From Octopus bimaculoides (lineage: Eukaryota): DNA of 64,000 nt. Positions 40,301 to 53,760 of this stretch are shown piece by piece; within the stretch, counting starts at the first letter, position 1, and each line of letters opens with the position of its first letter. The stretch covers positions 92,912,591 to 92,976,590 of the forward strand of contig NC_068981.1 in assembly GCF_001194135.2 (NCBI RefSeq), written 5' to 3'. The notes beneath the pieces were generated by a model. The model ran no database searches. It saw only the letters and a list, made by a program, of their open reading frames with translations, and was not told the origin of the DNA. The translations under genes and the position numbers were made by a program.

Positions 40301-43300
40301 ATAACCCTGCTTGTAAGCATTGCTTATAAATAGCATGGTATTTTCTGTAATCATGCGAAACAAATTTAAACCTGAATAGTAGTCCAGCACTAGCATTAGA
40401 ATTTATATGTGTTTAAATGCATTAATAGTAAAGTCTTCCACGTAGAGTGCAGAAATAGCTTGGTGTGAAGTAACGGATTTTATTCTTCTTTTTTTTGAGA
40501 AATATAGAAAAATTACGCAAAATCATATTCAGTTGCAATTAAACCTTGGGAGAGGTTAAATATTTCCTTGAGAAAGTCATAGATAATACATTTTTCAGCA
40601 AATGATATAAGAAATTTACGTATTCCGATATATTTCTTCGTTAACAGACTAAGTCATTTATAGATTGTTCAGCCTATTGTTTAGATTAATATTACATTAC
40701 TGGTTTACTGAATATTGTGACTGTATATTATGATGCAGGGAAGTTTTAATGCAATATTAGATAGAGCTCTTCACTATTAGGTAATATGATGTTCAGTTGC
40801 AATATCTCATATTTACCAGGAAATGCAAATATATTCATTTTATTCTTCTCGTCTAGTTTCACGAGCCTATTATATAATTTCAAAATGGATCATCATTTCA
40901 CAATCTAGAGTTGTCATTTCATCTACATTTATAAGAAATGAGAGATGTTTGACAAAAGACAAGATATTTGACGACAGGCGAGATATTTGTCAAGAGGCAA
41001 GCTTTCATATGCATCGATATCTTGCAAAGCTACGTATAACTTCTCGGCATTCTGCTCACATACATACACACACATACACACATACTTACCTTCGGCAATG
41101 CAGTACTAAGAAGTCCTACTTGCTTTAAAAAATACTATTACGTTGTAACAGATTATTTAATTTTAATCATCTTATTATACTGGGGAAAAGTTTATCTTTA
41201 ATTCTCCAACATTATTACAATTTCTTCTTAATTGGGTTTCTTCTGAAATATCAATATACCTTCAGTATATATTCGGCCATCTAAAGATGATTCAGTTGAA
41301 AACTTGCAAATTTTTGAAGTACTTACTACCACGTCCCAATTCATTTAGCTAGTTAGAGGCATCATAGAATCTCAGCAACCGGTCTATTTTAAGCTCATGA
41401 ATTAGAGAATCAATAAAACTTTGATTAAAACTGCAAATCTTTGTACGTGCCATCGTCCGACATAAACAACTACAATTTCTCTTGTAATAATAGTGATAAC
41501 TTAATTTTGGAAACTGTACATGAGGATATGTCAAATCAAAAGTCGAATGCAAATACATCAAATATTCTAACAGACTGATAAGAATAAGAAGAATGTCTGC
41601 CTATTTGAATGAGCAAGTTTTATCCAAATGAGAAGCAAGGACCATTTCTTTTGCTAATTTTAGTAATGTGAATTTCAATTTTTTTCAATTCAAGGATCCC
41701 TTACATTTGACATCTTATAAACGATCATTTTTGTCAAGTGCAGTGAACATAGTATATTTCTTTATAAGAATGCTGTGTTGAGATGTTCAGTATTAACATA
41801 ACAACATAATATGTAATAATTAATTGCAAGTGCGTATGTGTGTTTGTTTGTGTTTAAGTTTTTGTGTGTGTGTGTGAGCGTCTGTGTATGTGTGTGCGTA
41901 AATGTGTGGGCGTGTGTGTGTGTATGTATGTGTGCGTGTGTGTGTGTACTGAACGGGCTACCACACATCAAGAGTCTACCAAATGTTACTTGACACATCA
42001 CCCAAATTGGGACTATGATAGAAACCACTTGATTATAATGATGCGCTGTAGTTGCCAGATGCTTGGCACGAGATTGTACTTAAATTCATAGAGATGCTCG
42101 TAGTCTGATAGACTTCATTTATTCCTCAGTAAATAGGAATGGCAGGATTAGGCACTGTAACCTATTCTATATACATTTTCAGGCGTACATTTTGACTCCG
42201 ATTCGTATGACGATAATCATTTCATTTGGTTCTGTTTAAAATGGATTTTAGTCTGACCGTTTAGAATACATTTTATCATGTAAGAAGATACTATTTATCA
42301 TTGAAGCCATGATGTGTTAATGTGTAATGTATAAGGGAACATTAGAAGAGATATTGGTCATAATACATAAGAAACTTGGAACAGGGAGAGCAAGCCATCT
42401 CAGATTCGTGAACTATTTTATTTTCCCACCTTACCTATTTTTGAAAGTCATGTGTAAATTTAAGATTATCTATCTACAGCTCCGCATTTACATATAAATT
42501 AATAACTTCTATTTCCGTGTACATACATACTTGATATAAGTAAACTGTGTCATTTACTACGCAGTTTTCCATGCACATCCATATTTATATCCGCATATAT
42601 AAACACACGCGCACACAAACAAACAAATATAATTGTGTGTATCTGTATTTATATTATATTAGTTTTCTTTGAATACATATCGCCCTTGTATACAGATAAT
42701 TCATGTTGAAGACATGCTAAGCAATATTTATTAATATAATCGTGGAAACACTGAAAACCAAACGCCGTTGTAGGGCAATAATTATTTAAACGCAAAATTG
42801 AAAAATGTTAATGTCGCTAAAAGAATTACTAGAAAATACGTTAGTGTGACGTGACATTCCCTCGCTTTTTATTTTATTTTGCTACTTCAGCTGCACATCA
42901 GTATTATTTCCACGTGTGCGGAACAGGAATATAGAAACGGTGAATGTAAAGAAAAGGATATGGAGGAATAGTTTATACCTAGTTACAGAAAGGAAATAAA
43001 GGCGTTTATGATTTGAAATCTGAACAGTTAATTCCATACGAAGAGACGTATAGACGTTCTATTTCAATAATATACATCTGAACTACTCTCAGTAAGAGAG
43101 ATAAACAACAAAACATGTATTATATGACAAATGGACCTCAATATTAAGAGAAGTTGAATATCCGTTTCTTCGTGTCATTCAAGAATTCCATCTCATTGTT
43201 TTAGCTATCAACGCATGTTAATGATTGCATCTCAATTAAAACTATTTGCTGTTGTACATGTCTTTCATCAAAATATATTGTTCAGGTGTCCCATCTCCAA

Positions 43301-45214
43301 TCACTCTTGAAAGTGTCAAATTGCTGTAGTTTTAATTCTTTAAGTAGCTTATTTAAAAGATATCTGTGGCATTTTTCCGAGAATAATTAATCATATTATC
43401 GATGACACCAGAACTTCAAAAGATGGTATAAACACGCATCGCTCTGAATTTTCTGACTTTTTTGTCATTATTTTAGTACAACTGAAATATTTGAATTAGT
43501 CTTCAAAGGAAAGAAACATATTATATATTGAAGTAATGCTAAACTATAATGCGAAATAGCTATAGATATTTGGATGTGCATCTCATTTGTTATATATAAA
43601 TATCTCTCTCTAAATATTTTGTTGAATGAGACTCATTGCAATTATTATTTCTCAGCCTCCGGCGACATTTTAATGATGGAGAGCAATATGTTTATAACGG
43701 TATTCAGGTTAAATTTTATAAACTTATACAGCATTAAGAAAACGGTAGCAACCTTTATAAAGATATACACTAAACTAAATAAAATATCTCATAGACCGTC
43801 AAAGAGCATTTCATGGGATGCGCACTTTAACTGAAATGACAGCATGATGGACAAGCATGGACACTCTATATTCTATGTTCAAACCCCAAAGATTTTGGCG
43901 TCGGAATTCTTTTTCTTATCGATACCCTAATATGTAATATTAAAATAACAAACTTCAGTTATTTCGGATATTTTCACCTGCAAAATATAGAATATAGTCT
44001 ATGTACTTATCCAATATTCTTATGTATTATCTTTTCTTAATGCACTTCATTTTCAGAAAATTCAATAATCATTGAATTAGTTCTGAACGATGTTCGGAAA
44101 CAAACTTGTTAGAAACTGATTCTAAACTTTCGATCAAAAGATAAAAGAATATTAATTGAGTTATAAACATTAAATTGATAACCATAAACATTTTATTACT
44201 CGAATTCATAGAACAATTAATGTGAGAGTAAATTTCAAAGTATTTATTTTAATATATTGTAAATTATTTGATAGATTACTGTATACTTTATATAGCCTGT
44301 GCAATTCAGTGAAACTTTATAATTATCATATATTCGTATACATATATCATCCGTAAAATCATTTTCATCAGAAAACAAATTAGACAAATAGGAAACCTTT
44401 CCAACTTTTCTCCCTTTTCAGCAAAAGAACTTTCTAAATTTCGATATTAAATAGATAAACTGAGTAGATATTGATGTACGACTCTGAAAAGCTTCTTGAT
44501 CTAATGTGATATAATAATGAATTAAACATTACATTACTTTAGTAACATTTTCAAATTAATTAAGGAGGTGTACTTGCATAACAAATTGTGCAGCACGTAT
44601 TTTTTTAATCAGTGAAGAGGTCACAGTTTCGAGCGAAGAAAATTTTGACACCTTATAATGAATAAATATTTGCTTCAAGTTTTTTCTGCGTCTATGAATG
44701 ACTAACCATTGTCTTCCACTCAGCAATCGCTTAAAACTTAATTCTTCAAAGAATACCTTTTCTATCCTATTTTTGTAATATATGTTACTTGTCTTCGGAT
44801 CATTAATTCTCCTTTTCACTATCATTGTCGTGGCTCACTGTTGAGTAACGCGTCGTTAAACATTTTGAATTTCTGATTTTTTTTTTTTCATTTCTAGGTC
44901 TGTTAGTATGAGATATGACATTACAACATTAGAATAGCCGTGTATGGTTTCATTAAGATTAGGCTGAAATTTCTTGTGGGTTTCGTGATAGGGTAGAGGT
45001 TCCCTGCTATGACTCGTCAAATCATTTGTTGCTGTTGTTGTTGTTGTACAGCTACAGGTCAGCCATCTCCGGAATGACATAATAAGTTGCATCCCGGCAC
45101 CGACTATTATATCCTTTTATTTAGAATTAATTTCATTGATATATATATATACACATATACATATATATACATACATATATGCACTCACACACAGACACAC
45201 ACACATACACACAG

Positions 45215-45261
<47 letters not shown>

Positions 45262-45519
45262 GACACATGCATATGTAACCATACGCACATATTTATGTAT
45301 GCATATCTGTATACATATACGTAAAGATATATACATATACATATTGCCGTTATGAGAGGTAATGGTGTCAGGAAGACCCAAAGTGCCAGGTAATGCTGAC
45401 TGAGTGGTATGGACAGAATATTGTTAAACTCCAGGGTCAGTGATTATGCATATGAGGAGTCCAACCCAGGTCATATAGTAGCATGCGTATATAATAAAAA
45501 TTAACAGAAAAAGCCCAAA

Positions 45520-45830
45520 GCTGTGAAAGATTTCAGAACATTTATAAAGAGGTCTTACAGCTGTTTCCAGGATATTTAATATATCCCTATATCACACACA
45601 AGGTTAGGAAACATATATATATAGAGAGATTTCTGCTTAAATAATGGAGCTGCAGATACATTATCCTTACGTGACTCCCCCCTGCTTTCATTCGTCCACT
45701 TCACTCTGTATTTCGTATCTTCTCAATGATAACTATTCCTTAACCATTTTCTCGCACCGTCTCTGATCTAGGGATATATAAAATACGCCGGAAACAGCTA
45801 TAAGACCTTCTCTATATAAATGTTCTTGTT
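45520..45830. repeat. Inverted pair of degenerate hammerhead-like repeats (family C)
   Basis: Plus copy 45759-45806 reads GTCT-CTGATCTA-GGGATAT..-GAAA-CAGCTA-TA-AGAC. Minus copy ~45552-45600 reads GTGT-GTGATATA-GGGATAT..ATATCCT-GGAAA-CAGCTG-TA-AGAC. Downstream flanks also align (ATAAATGTTCT). Confidence 0.55.
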
Positions 45831-45847
45831 TTTTTTACCTCACTCTG

Positions 45848-45914
<67 letters not shown>

Positions 45915-46300
45915 NNNNNNNNNNNNNNNNNNNNNNNNNNNNNNNNNNNNNNNNNNNNNNNNNNNNNNNNNATATATGTGTGTATATATATATGTGTGTG
46001 TGTGTGTGCGTATGTATGTATATGTGTGTATATTTGTGTATATATATGTATGTATATGTATGTATATATATACGTGTGCATATATGTGTGTGTGTGTGTT
46101 TTCTCCCCTTCTTATATTAATGCATTGTCCTTCTACTAGCATGTGTGCAGCTGTTAACCATCTCCACGTTTGTGAACTCTGATATAAATTTAATCCAATA
46201 ATGTTACGTATAAAATTTACACAATCTAACTAATAATCAGTTTATGTTTTTGAAACGTACGTAATACTGTTACTAAACATGTAAGCAATATACACCTTCA

Positions 46301-46371
<71 letters not shown>

Positions 46372-46954
46372 ACGTGTGTGTATGTGTCTGTGTGCGTGTG
46401 TGTAATGTTTCTAATGCAAGTTGTTCTGTGAGTAAACGCGAAACCTGAGGCATAATGTTCAATACAAACAATGAATTTTGTGGTGTTTTGAACACTTGTA
46501 TAATTAGTCTCGTTTCTTTCATCACAAAATTTGTCAGCTATTAGGGTAATTTTATAGATAAATTGCAAACAATATGAGTTGGGAATTAAAATGTTATCGT
46601 TACTTATAAATGTGGTCCGAAAGTTGGGTGTTTCTTGGCTATTGTAAATGAAAGGGAACAAATAGCATGAAGAGCAAGTTAAACAACATATAGAGTGATG
46701 ATAGAAACAAAAGAATTTGTTGTTTAGTTTTTGTTGAATGAACCAGGACTAAAGTGACTGAGACAAGGTAGACAGATTAATCTGAAAAAGTAAGGCAATG
46801 TAAAATACTAAGTAAGACGGGAGAATTCCATTGAATGAAGTATATGCTTCTAGATAATGTGAATTTAAAGTTGATCCGTAATTAAATAAATATATATATA
46901 AGTACATTGGATTTTAATATTTGCTGCAAATTTTATCACAAGGCTAGTAATTTC

Positions 46955-47128
46955 GGGAGAAAGTGTAAGTCGATTCCTTCGACTCCTGTGTTCATCTGGT
47001 AATTATTTTGTCGACCACGGAGGATGAAAAGAGAGTCGTCCTCGGCGGAATTTGAACGTAAAGACGGACGAAATACAGGTCAGCATTTTTCCCGGCGTGC
47101 TATCGCTGCTGCCATCTTGCCACCTTAA
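46955..47128 (-). mobile_element. SINE copy (same family as 61940-62095), minus strand
   Basis: Contains the reverse complement of TTCAAATTCCGCCGAGG..TTTCATCC..GGTCGA and of the head. Confidence 0.7.
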
Positions 47129-47326
47129 TTAGTGCTGATATTTAGTAATATTGGTTTCAAGTGCTGGCCTCATGCCAAAATTTAAATTCAGTATTGATTT
47201 CCAATTTTGGCACAATACCAGCAAGTTTGGGAAGATATTAAGTCGATTACATCGACCCCAGTGTTTAACTGAACTTTCTAGCTTTGTGCCAAAATTTGAA
47301 ACCAATATTACAGCATAAATACATAG

Positions 47327-47410
47327 GCGGCGAACTGGCAGAAGCCGTTGCAGGCTGAGAAAAAACACTTTACCTTTCATCATTTCGGGGTCGATAAAAT
47401 AAGTACCAGT
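47327..47410 (+). mobile_element. Internally deleted SINE copy
   Basis: Head GGCGGCGAACTGGCAGAA joined to CTTTACCTTTCATCATTTCGGGGTCGATAAAATAAGTACCAGT. Confidence 0.65.
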
Positions 47411-50167
47411 CTCTGCCTTTCCCGTTTCTGTTGCTGTGGGGAACCTAACCACTCCGAAATGAATGCATCCAGCAGTTTGGGTTTTGAGCGCTCCTAACTG
47501 ACTGACGTGCTTACACTTATCTCTCCACATCGAGAACTTATCTCCATGACAAAATACAGGGAATTACTTTCTTACGCTTCGAATATGCTTGAATGAAGTT
47601 TGAACCGGTAACGTGTTTTTATTCCTACACACCACTGCTTAGCGCTCTCACCCCGTATTTCATTTACGGCAACGCTAATCATAGTACGATGGCAGGAATA
47701 TACTAAGAGGGACCTGTCCCTCGAGTCAGTTTGCAGTCTCTGCTTATCCGGTTTCTGTTGTTGAAGAGGACATAAACACTTTTAAATGCATTCATCTAAC
47801 AGTTTGGCTTACGTGGGCTGTGAACTGATTCAATGTGTTTACAACCATCTGTCTCCAGCGAAAAGTTTTCTCCATAACAAAATACAGTGAATTTGTATTA
47901 ATACGTATTACTGCTGAACGGTCTTTTCCCTTAATTATATATAAAAAAAAAATAGGGAAACATAATCAAAGTTCTTCTAAAGAGTTAAGAATAACGGTTA
48001 CTATTGTTTTTTTTCTAAATAACGAGGGCAATAGGTCATCAGAATCATTAGAACAACGTTCAAATACTTTGTGAATTTCTTCCGGTTCTACTTTGCATAT
48101 TTGACCAAGGGTAAGGTCAAATTTGTTTTACTTTACTAATGGATTCCGTAAAGCAAAGAAGCGTATAAGTATACGGAATGATGTAACCGACTAACCTCAC
48201 CACTACCCTCAAATTTTCTATTCTTGTGCTTAAAATAGAATGGTTTCATAAATATTTCTAAGCTGCATTGTTGAGAACAGATTTCAAATATAATGTTAGA
48301 ATGTATTCATCACAAGTGTAAATATAATTTAAGTTCAACAAGTGCACTTGTTTTATTAAGAGGCTTTCTCACGCCGCTTTTTTTTTTCCATGCTACGCAT
48401 CATAAATACACAACCGTATTTCACTACATTTTTTTAAAATCCTGTTTGAAATGCTTAAATTCGTATAGAAGTAATGTAAATGATGGCCGATGGAATGCAG
48501 CTTAAAACCCATATTACATTCTACGATTTGGAATGAATCAAGTAACAGGTTTCATGATTTTGTGATATGCTGTTGACCAAAAAGCATTTTACCCAGCTTC
48601 TGTAAACGTTATGCATGCAACTTTCTCAAAAGTTTTAAGTGAACTTATAAGTGGTTAATGTTTTGTCAATCTTCTTTTTATATGCGCACTAAAGTTACTT
48701 CCTTTCAATTTCTCTTCACTTAGAGCATAAAGTTTCTCCAGAAATAAGAAAAATACACATACTCTATTTCAATTTCTAACAAATTCTTTCACCAACTTAA
48801 GTTTTATGGATAGCGACGAGAGTAAAATATTTTCTGATTTTACGAGGTAGGAATTTCATGCTGTTCTGCTTAGCAATATAGAAATATTTTCTTTATGAAC
48901 GTTCCTTTCAAACCCCACTATATCGTTTCGCCCAACGGGTCTATAAACACAAATACACACACAAAATACACATTTAAACACACATAGACATAACACACAA
49001 AGATAAAAGCTTAGCCTATCCACTTTTTGGCCAAATATCCTGGAAATCGCTCTCAATTCTTCACATATTTTCATGTTCGTATTATTTGGAGCATTTCATG
49101 TTATCGTCTTACAGCCATGTCTCCCTTCCGTCTCTTCATTTCACTTTACGTGTTCTTGTACTACTCTAAATCTATCTCATTACTCTTAGTGCTGATATTG
49201 TTCTGCTACTGCCATTAACATTTAATATTAGTGCAAGTCTTTGAGATGGTGGAAGCGTTTGAGCGTCGATCTAAATGCTAGGCGGAATTTCTTCCGGTTC
49301 TTCATGGTCTTAGTTGAAATATCGCCACGTTCAACTTGGACTTTCGTCATTTCGAGGTCAATGAAGTAACAGCAGTGCACGGGGCTACTAGGCAATCAAC
49401 TAACCCCTCCTCTTAATCTTACTGTCGCTGTACTCTAAATTTGTTTCAATGATCTGTTTACATATTCAGCACAGTTTGCTTTATCAAAATCCTATACATA
49501 AGCGCTAAAAAGCGTAAACTGTTCATTTATCAATCAAACTCCGATTATCCATTATCACTTCTCTTAAACGTTAACCCTAGTTATCAGCGACGAGTATATC
49601 ACACCTACGACAGTCAACTTTCTCCCTTATAAAACTGTCCCCGTTTGTTACAGTCCTTCACAAGTTTTGTACGGAAGAAAAAGAGACAGGACATTTAAAT
49701 TATTCTAGTACAGAGAGATGTGACAGGGTGAGGCTGTAGTAGGATGGTGTGAATGTGGTGATATGCTGAGAGAAGTAAACTTGAGCTAGGCGGAAGGAAT
49801 AAACAGGTAGAAAGAGTTGATACTTGTGGGGAAGGGTGTAACTGTTTATCGTTGAGGAAACCAAGGGCTAAGGGTGAGAGATGGTAGAGTAGAGTAGAGT
49901 AACGAAGAGAAAACCGTGGAGATCAGACAAAATAGAAAAAGTATTAAAAAGTGTTGAAAACTACATTTAAAAAAAAAATTATCCAAATAGTGAACAGTGA
50001 GGAGGTCTTTGGAAATCTTCGTTTGAGAAAATCCAAAACATTTTCGAAGTTCAAAGGTTTGTAAGTTTCAAACGTTTACAAAGTTTAAAGCTTTAAAACG
50101 TCTAGCGGTAGACAGACAGACAGACAGACGGACGGACGGACGGACGGATAGATGACTAGCTGGATGG

Positions 50168-50211
<44 letters not shown>

Positions 50212-50420
50212 GTCTTGTGCTATGAAAACACATGAGAATGGTGGTTCCTTACTTTTTCAAATATACCCAAATTTAAAATTATCTAATATAACGATTTCAT
50301 TCATGTGGCATGTGTTGAAATATGCCAAAACAATTTAATTCCTCACAAATATATGTTACTTTACATATAATTAATGTGTTAATTCTATTTACTGAAACTT
50401 GCTAAAAAGCATATTTTGCT

Positions 50421-51425
50421 TCAAAGTAGTATCTCTTTGTAGACACAATTGTCAGTAATCATACTGTTTTCATTTCTATCAGCCAATATTTTTACAATAG
50501 CCTTCTTAGGAACGCTAGATAACGCAACATACCATGTAAGAAGAATTGTGTCGGAAGATATATTCCAATTTGTTCAAATGTCTGTCCCTGACAGGAATTT
50601 TTTCGTGTAAATGTGAATAGAAATTCCTTTTCTTGAGATAAATGTAGCATTCTTGGGATTAGCAGAGTTGATACTGCATAAGGACTAGAAGCAACTTCAG
50701 TCTCAATAACATCATCATGTAAACTAACAATGATGTAGAGTGTGTCATTGCGATGTCCAATAGTAGCATCTAATTTTTTCAGAAGCATTATGTAGCATTT
50801 TTTCTTCAGTTTCAGAACGTGTAAGTTTGTTGCTGAACTCGATTGGGTACAGAATTTCATTATCAACTGTATCTGAGATTCTGTATAGTTTTAGCTCACC
50901 AGGGATCCTGGTCAAGAGAAAATCATTCACAAATTATGCGGCTTCATTTGTTGGAGTAACGATGGTTCTATTTGCAAGCCACACAGGGTTTGTGGAGTTA
51001 TCTTTGAGGTCAGCATATACAAAATCACATAGATCTGAAAGAGCGCCACTTTCAAGGCAAAGATCATTGAGTACTTTGAATTCGACTAGGCTTTGTTCAA
51101 CAGAAATGTTACCATTTCCTACTTTACAAAACACTCTTTCATCAGAATGACCTTCTGTACGAAGTCTTAGATTGGTTGTCAACTTCACTAATTCTACATG
51201 ATCGTAAAGAAAAGATCTCTTTAGTGTTGCATCAAGAATTTGTGATCTGACACCATTACGTTAAAGTAGAATATTCTCATTATTTACATTATTTACATTT
51301 GACAGATATTTGTCCTTATCTTGTTTGTTGTTAACACAAAGTTTCGGCTGATATACCCTCCAGCCTTCATCAAGTGCCTGGAGGAAATTTCGAAGCTGGG
51401 TTCTCATTCTTAAAGTATTTTTCGA

Positions 51426-51487
<62 letters not shown>

Positions 51488-51950
51488 CAAGCAGTGACCT
51501 GAACAAAAACAACAACAACAACAACAACAACAATAATAATAATAATAATAATAACAACAACAACAACGAAAAATACCTTAGGAATGAGAACCCAGGCTGG
51601 AAATTTCCCCAAGACACCTAATGAAATCTGGAGGGCATATCAGCCGAAACGTTGTGTTAACAAGAAACAAGATGAGGACAAGTATCCGTCAAATGTAAAT
51701 AATGTAAATAATGTAAATAATTCCTCATCTCTTAAATATAGAAGTAGAATATTCTCCCCTCGAGATACCCTAACCAGTCGGTCATGTGTAGCGAAAACAG
51801 AATCATGTCTACATCTCCATGCATATTCAGATAACTGTTTCATCTGATTCAGTTGCCCGTCTTTCTACTGTTGTGCCTTTACTGCTAAATTTTCTTTTTC
51901 AGTCGCATATGTTTTTGGACGCTCCATGTTGAACGGCAAAATTCAAATGT
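50421..51950 (-). mobile_element. Helitron PIF1-like helicase relic (C-terminal half), interrupted by the family-A dimer at 51279-51756
   Basis: Fragments KLTTNLR, KVGNG, NRTIVTPTNE, RIPGE, YPIEF, LKLKKKCYIMLLKKL, LLIPR, QGQTFEQIGIYLP..FLHG and NCVYKEIL correspond to Helitron helicase motifs. Weaker similarity continues past the insertion (DRLVR, SQILDATLK). Confidence 0.85.
51279..51741. mobile_element. Second head-to-head dimer of family A, with the tRNA heads mostly deleted
   Basis: Minus arm 51279-51486 and plus arm 51487-51741. Head remnant TTCCAAGCAGTGACCTGAA. Mutated hammerheads at 51333-51378 (-) and 51613-51658 (+). Perfect 15-bp TSD AAGTAGAATATTCTC at 51264-51278 and 51742-51756. 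Confidence 0.9.
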
Positions 51951-52199
51951 GATATTTGTGTAATAGCGAAATCAAACTTGGAGTGTGTATGTTTATATTA
52001 GAGAGACTATGCGAGTGTATTTGTATGAGAGAGAGGTGGGGGACGGATCATTGCAAATATTGAATGAAAATAAACATGAAATGAAAAAGTTGTATAAGTG
52101 AAAGCTCGTTAAAAACTATCTTGTTTAGCGTGCTAGAAATAGCAGCGATCACATAGTTATTATTGTAAGGCTTATAGCGTTCCAAGCAGCAATACCAAC

Positions 52200-52500
52200 A
52201 AAATCACTTCTTCATTTAAAAAAAACAACATATTATACCGCTAAATTAAACAATTTTCATTTTATCAAAAATATTCATTTAACAGACTCTGGAAACATAA
52301 TATTCTTGAAATTATGCATCGTATCAAAGTTATACAGCTATTTTGTGTAATAACACGCATTCATTCAACACAAAATCACTTAAACATTATACCGGTATAT
52401 TAAGAAATTTTCATTTTATCAAAAATATTCGTTTAAAAATCCCCGGAAGCTGATAATATTCTTGCCATTGTGCCTCGTATCAAAGTTATATAGCTATTAT
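52200..52500 (+). repeat. Diverged ~170-bp tandem duplication
   Basis: AAAATCACTT..TTTTCATTTTATCAAAAATATTC..CGTATCAAAGTTATA occurs twice. Confidence 0.75.
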
Positions 52501-53716
52501 TAAATTATCATTAATGAAAATAGAGGCGAGTGAGAATGTTGCAAATAAAAACGTAAAATGTTACCTGCAACAAATTAATATTGTTTATTACTAAACATTA
52601 AAATCTATTCCGCAGTGAATGCAATGAATATTTAAATTTGTGAGAATTTGGAGTTTTAAAAATTCAATAAACTTCAGAAATTGAAATAATAGGAAATTTC
52701 TTAGAACATGAATTTATAAAAATATTTCCAGATGGTCAAGCTTTTAATATTGCTTTCTTTTAGTAATTGTTACATACCTAATTAATAAGCAGCTTTCTCC
52801 GGTATAATATGTGTATATATATGTGTGTGTGTATGTGTATGTATGTATGTATTTGTGTGCGTGTGTATGTATATATATNNNNNNNNNNNNNNNNNNNNNN
52901 NNNNNNNNNNNNNNNNNNNNNNNNNNNNNNNNNNNNNNNNNNNNNNNNNNNNNNNNNNNNNNNNNNNNNNNNNNNNNNNNNNNNNNNNNNNNNNNNNNNN
53001 NNNNNNNNNNNNNNNNNNNNNNNNNNNNNNNNNNNNNNNNNNNNNNNNNNNNNNNNNNNNNNNNNNNNNNNNNNNNNNNNNNNNNNNNNNNNNNNNNNNN
53101 NNNNNNNNNNNNNNNNNNNNNNNNNNNNNNNNNNNNNNNNNNNNNNNNNNNNNNNNNNNNNNNNNNNNNNNNNNNNNNNNNNNNNNNNNNNNNNNNNNNN
53201 NNNNNNNNNNNNNNNNNNNNNNNNNNNNNNNNNNNNNNNNNNNNNNNNNNNNNNNNNNNNNNNNNNNNNNNNNNNNNNNNNNNNNNNNNNNNNNNNNNNN
53301 NNNNNNNNNNNNNNNNNNNNNNNNNNNNNNNNNNNNNNNNNNNNNNNNNNNNNNNNNNNNNNNNNNNNNNNNNNNNNNNNNNNNNNNNNNNNNNNNNNNN
53401 NNNNNNNNNNNNNNNNNNNNNNNNNNNNNNNNNNNNNNNNNNNNNNNNNNNNNNNNNNNNNNNNNNNNNNNNNNNNNNNNNNNNNNNNNNNNNNNNNNNN
53501 NNNNNNNNNNNNNNNNNNNNNNNNNNNNNNNNNNNNNNNNNNNNNNNNNNNNNNNNNNNNNNNNNNNNNNNNNNNNNNNNNNNNNNNNNNNNNNNNNNNN
53601 NNNNNNNNNNNNNNNNNNNNNNNNNNNNNNNNNNNNNNNNNNNNNNNNNNNNNNNNNNNNNNNNNNNNNNNNNNNNNNNNNNNNNNNNNNNNNNNNNNNN
53701 NNNNNNNNNNNNNNNN

Positions 53717-53760
<44 letters not shown>

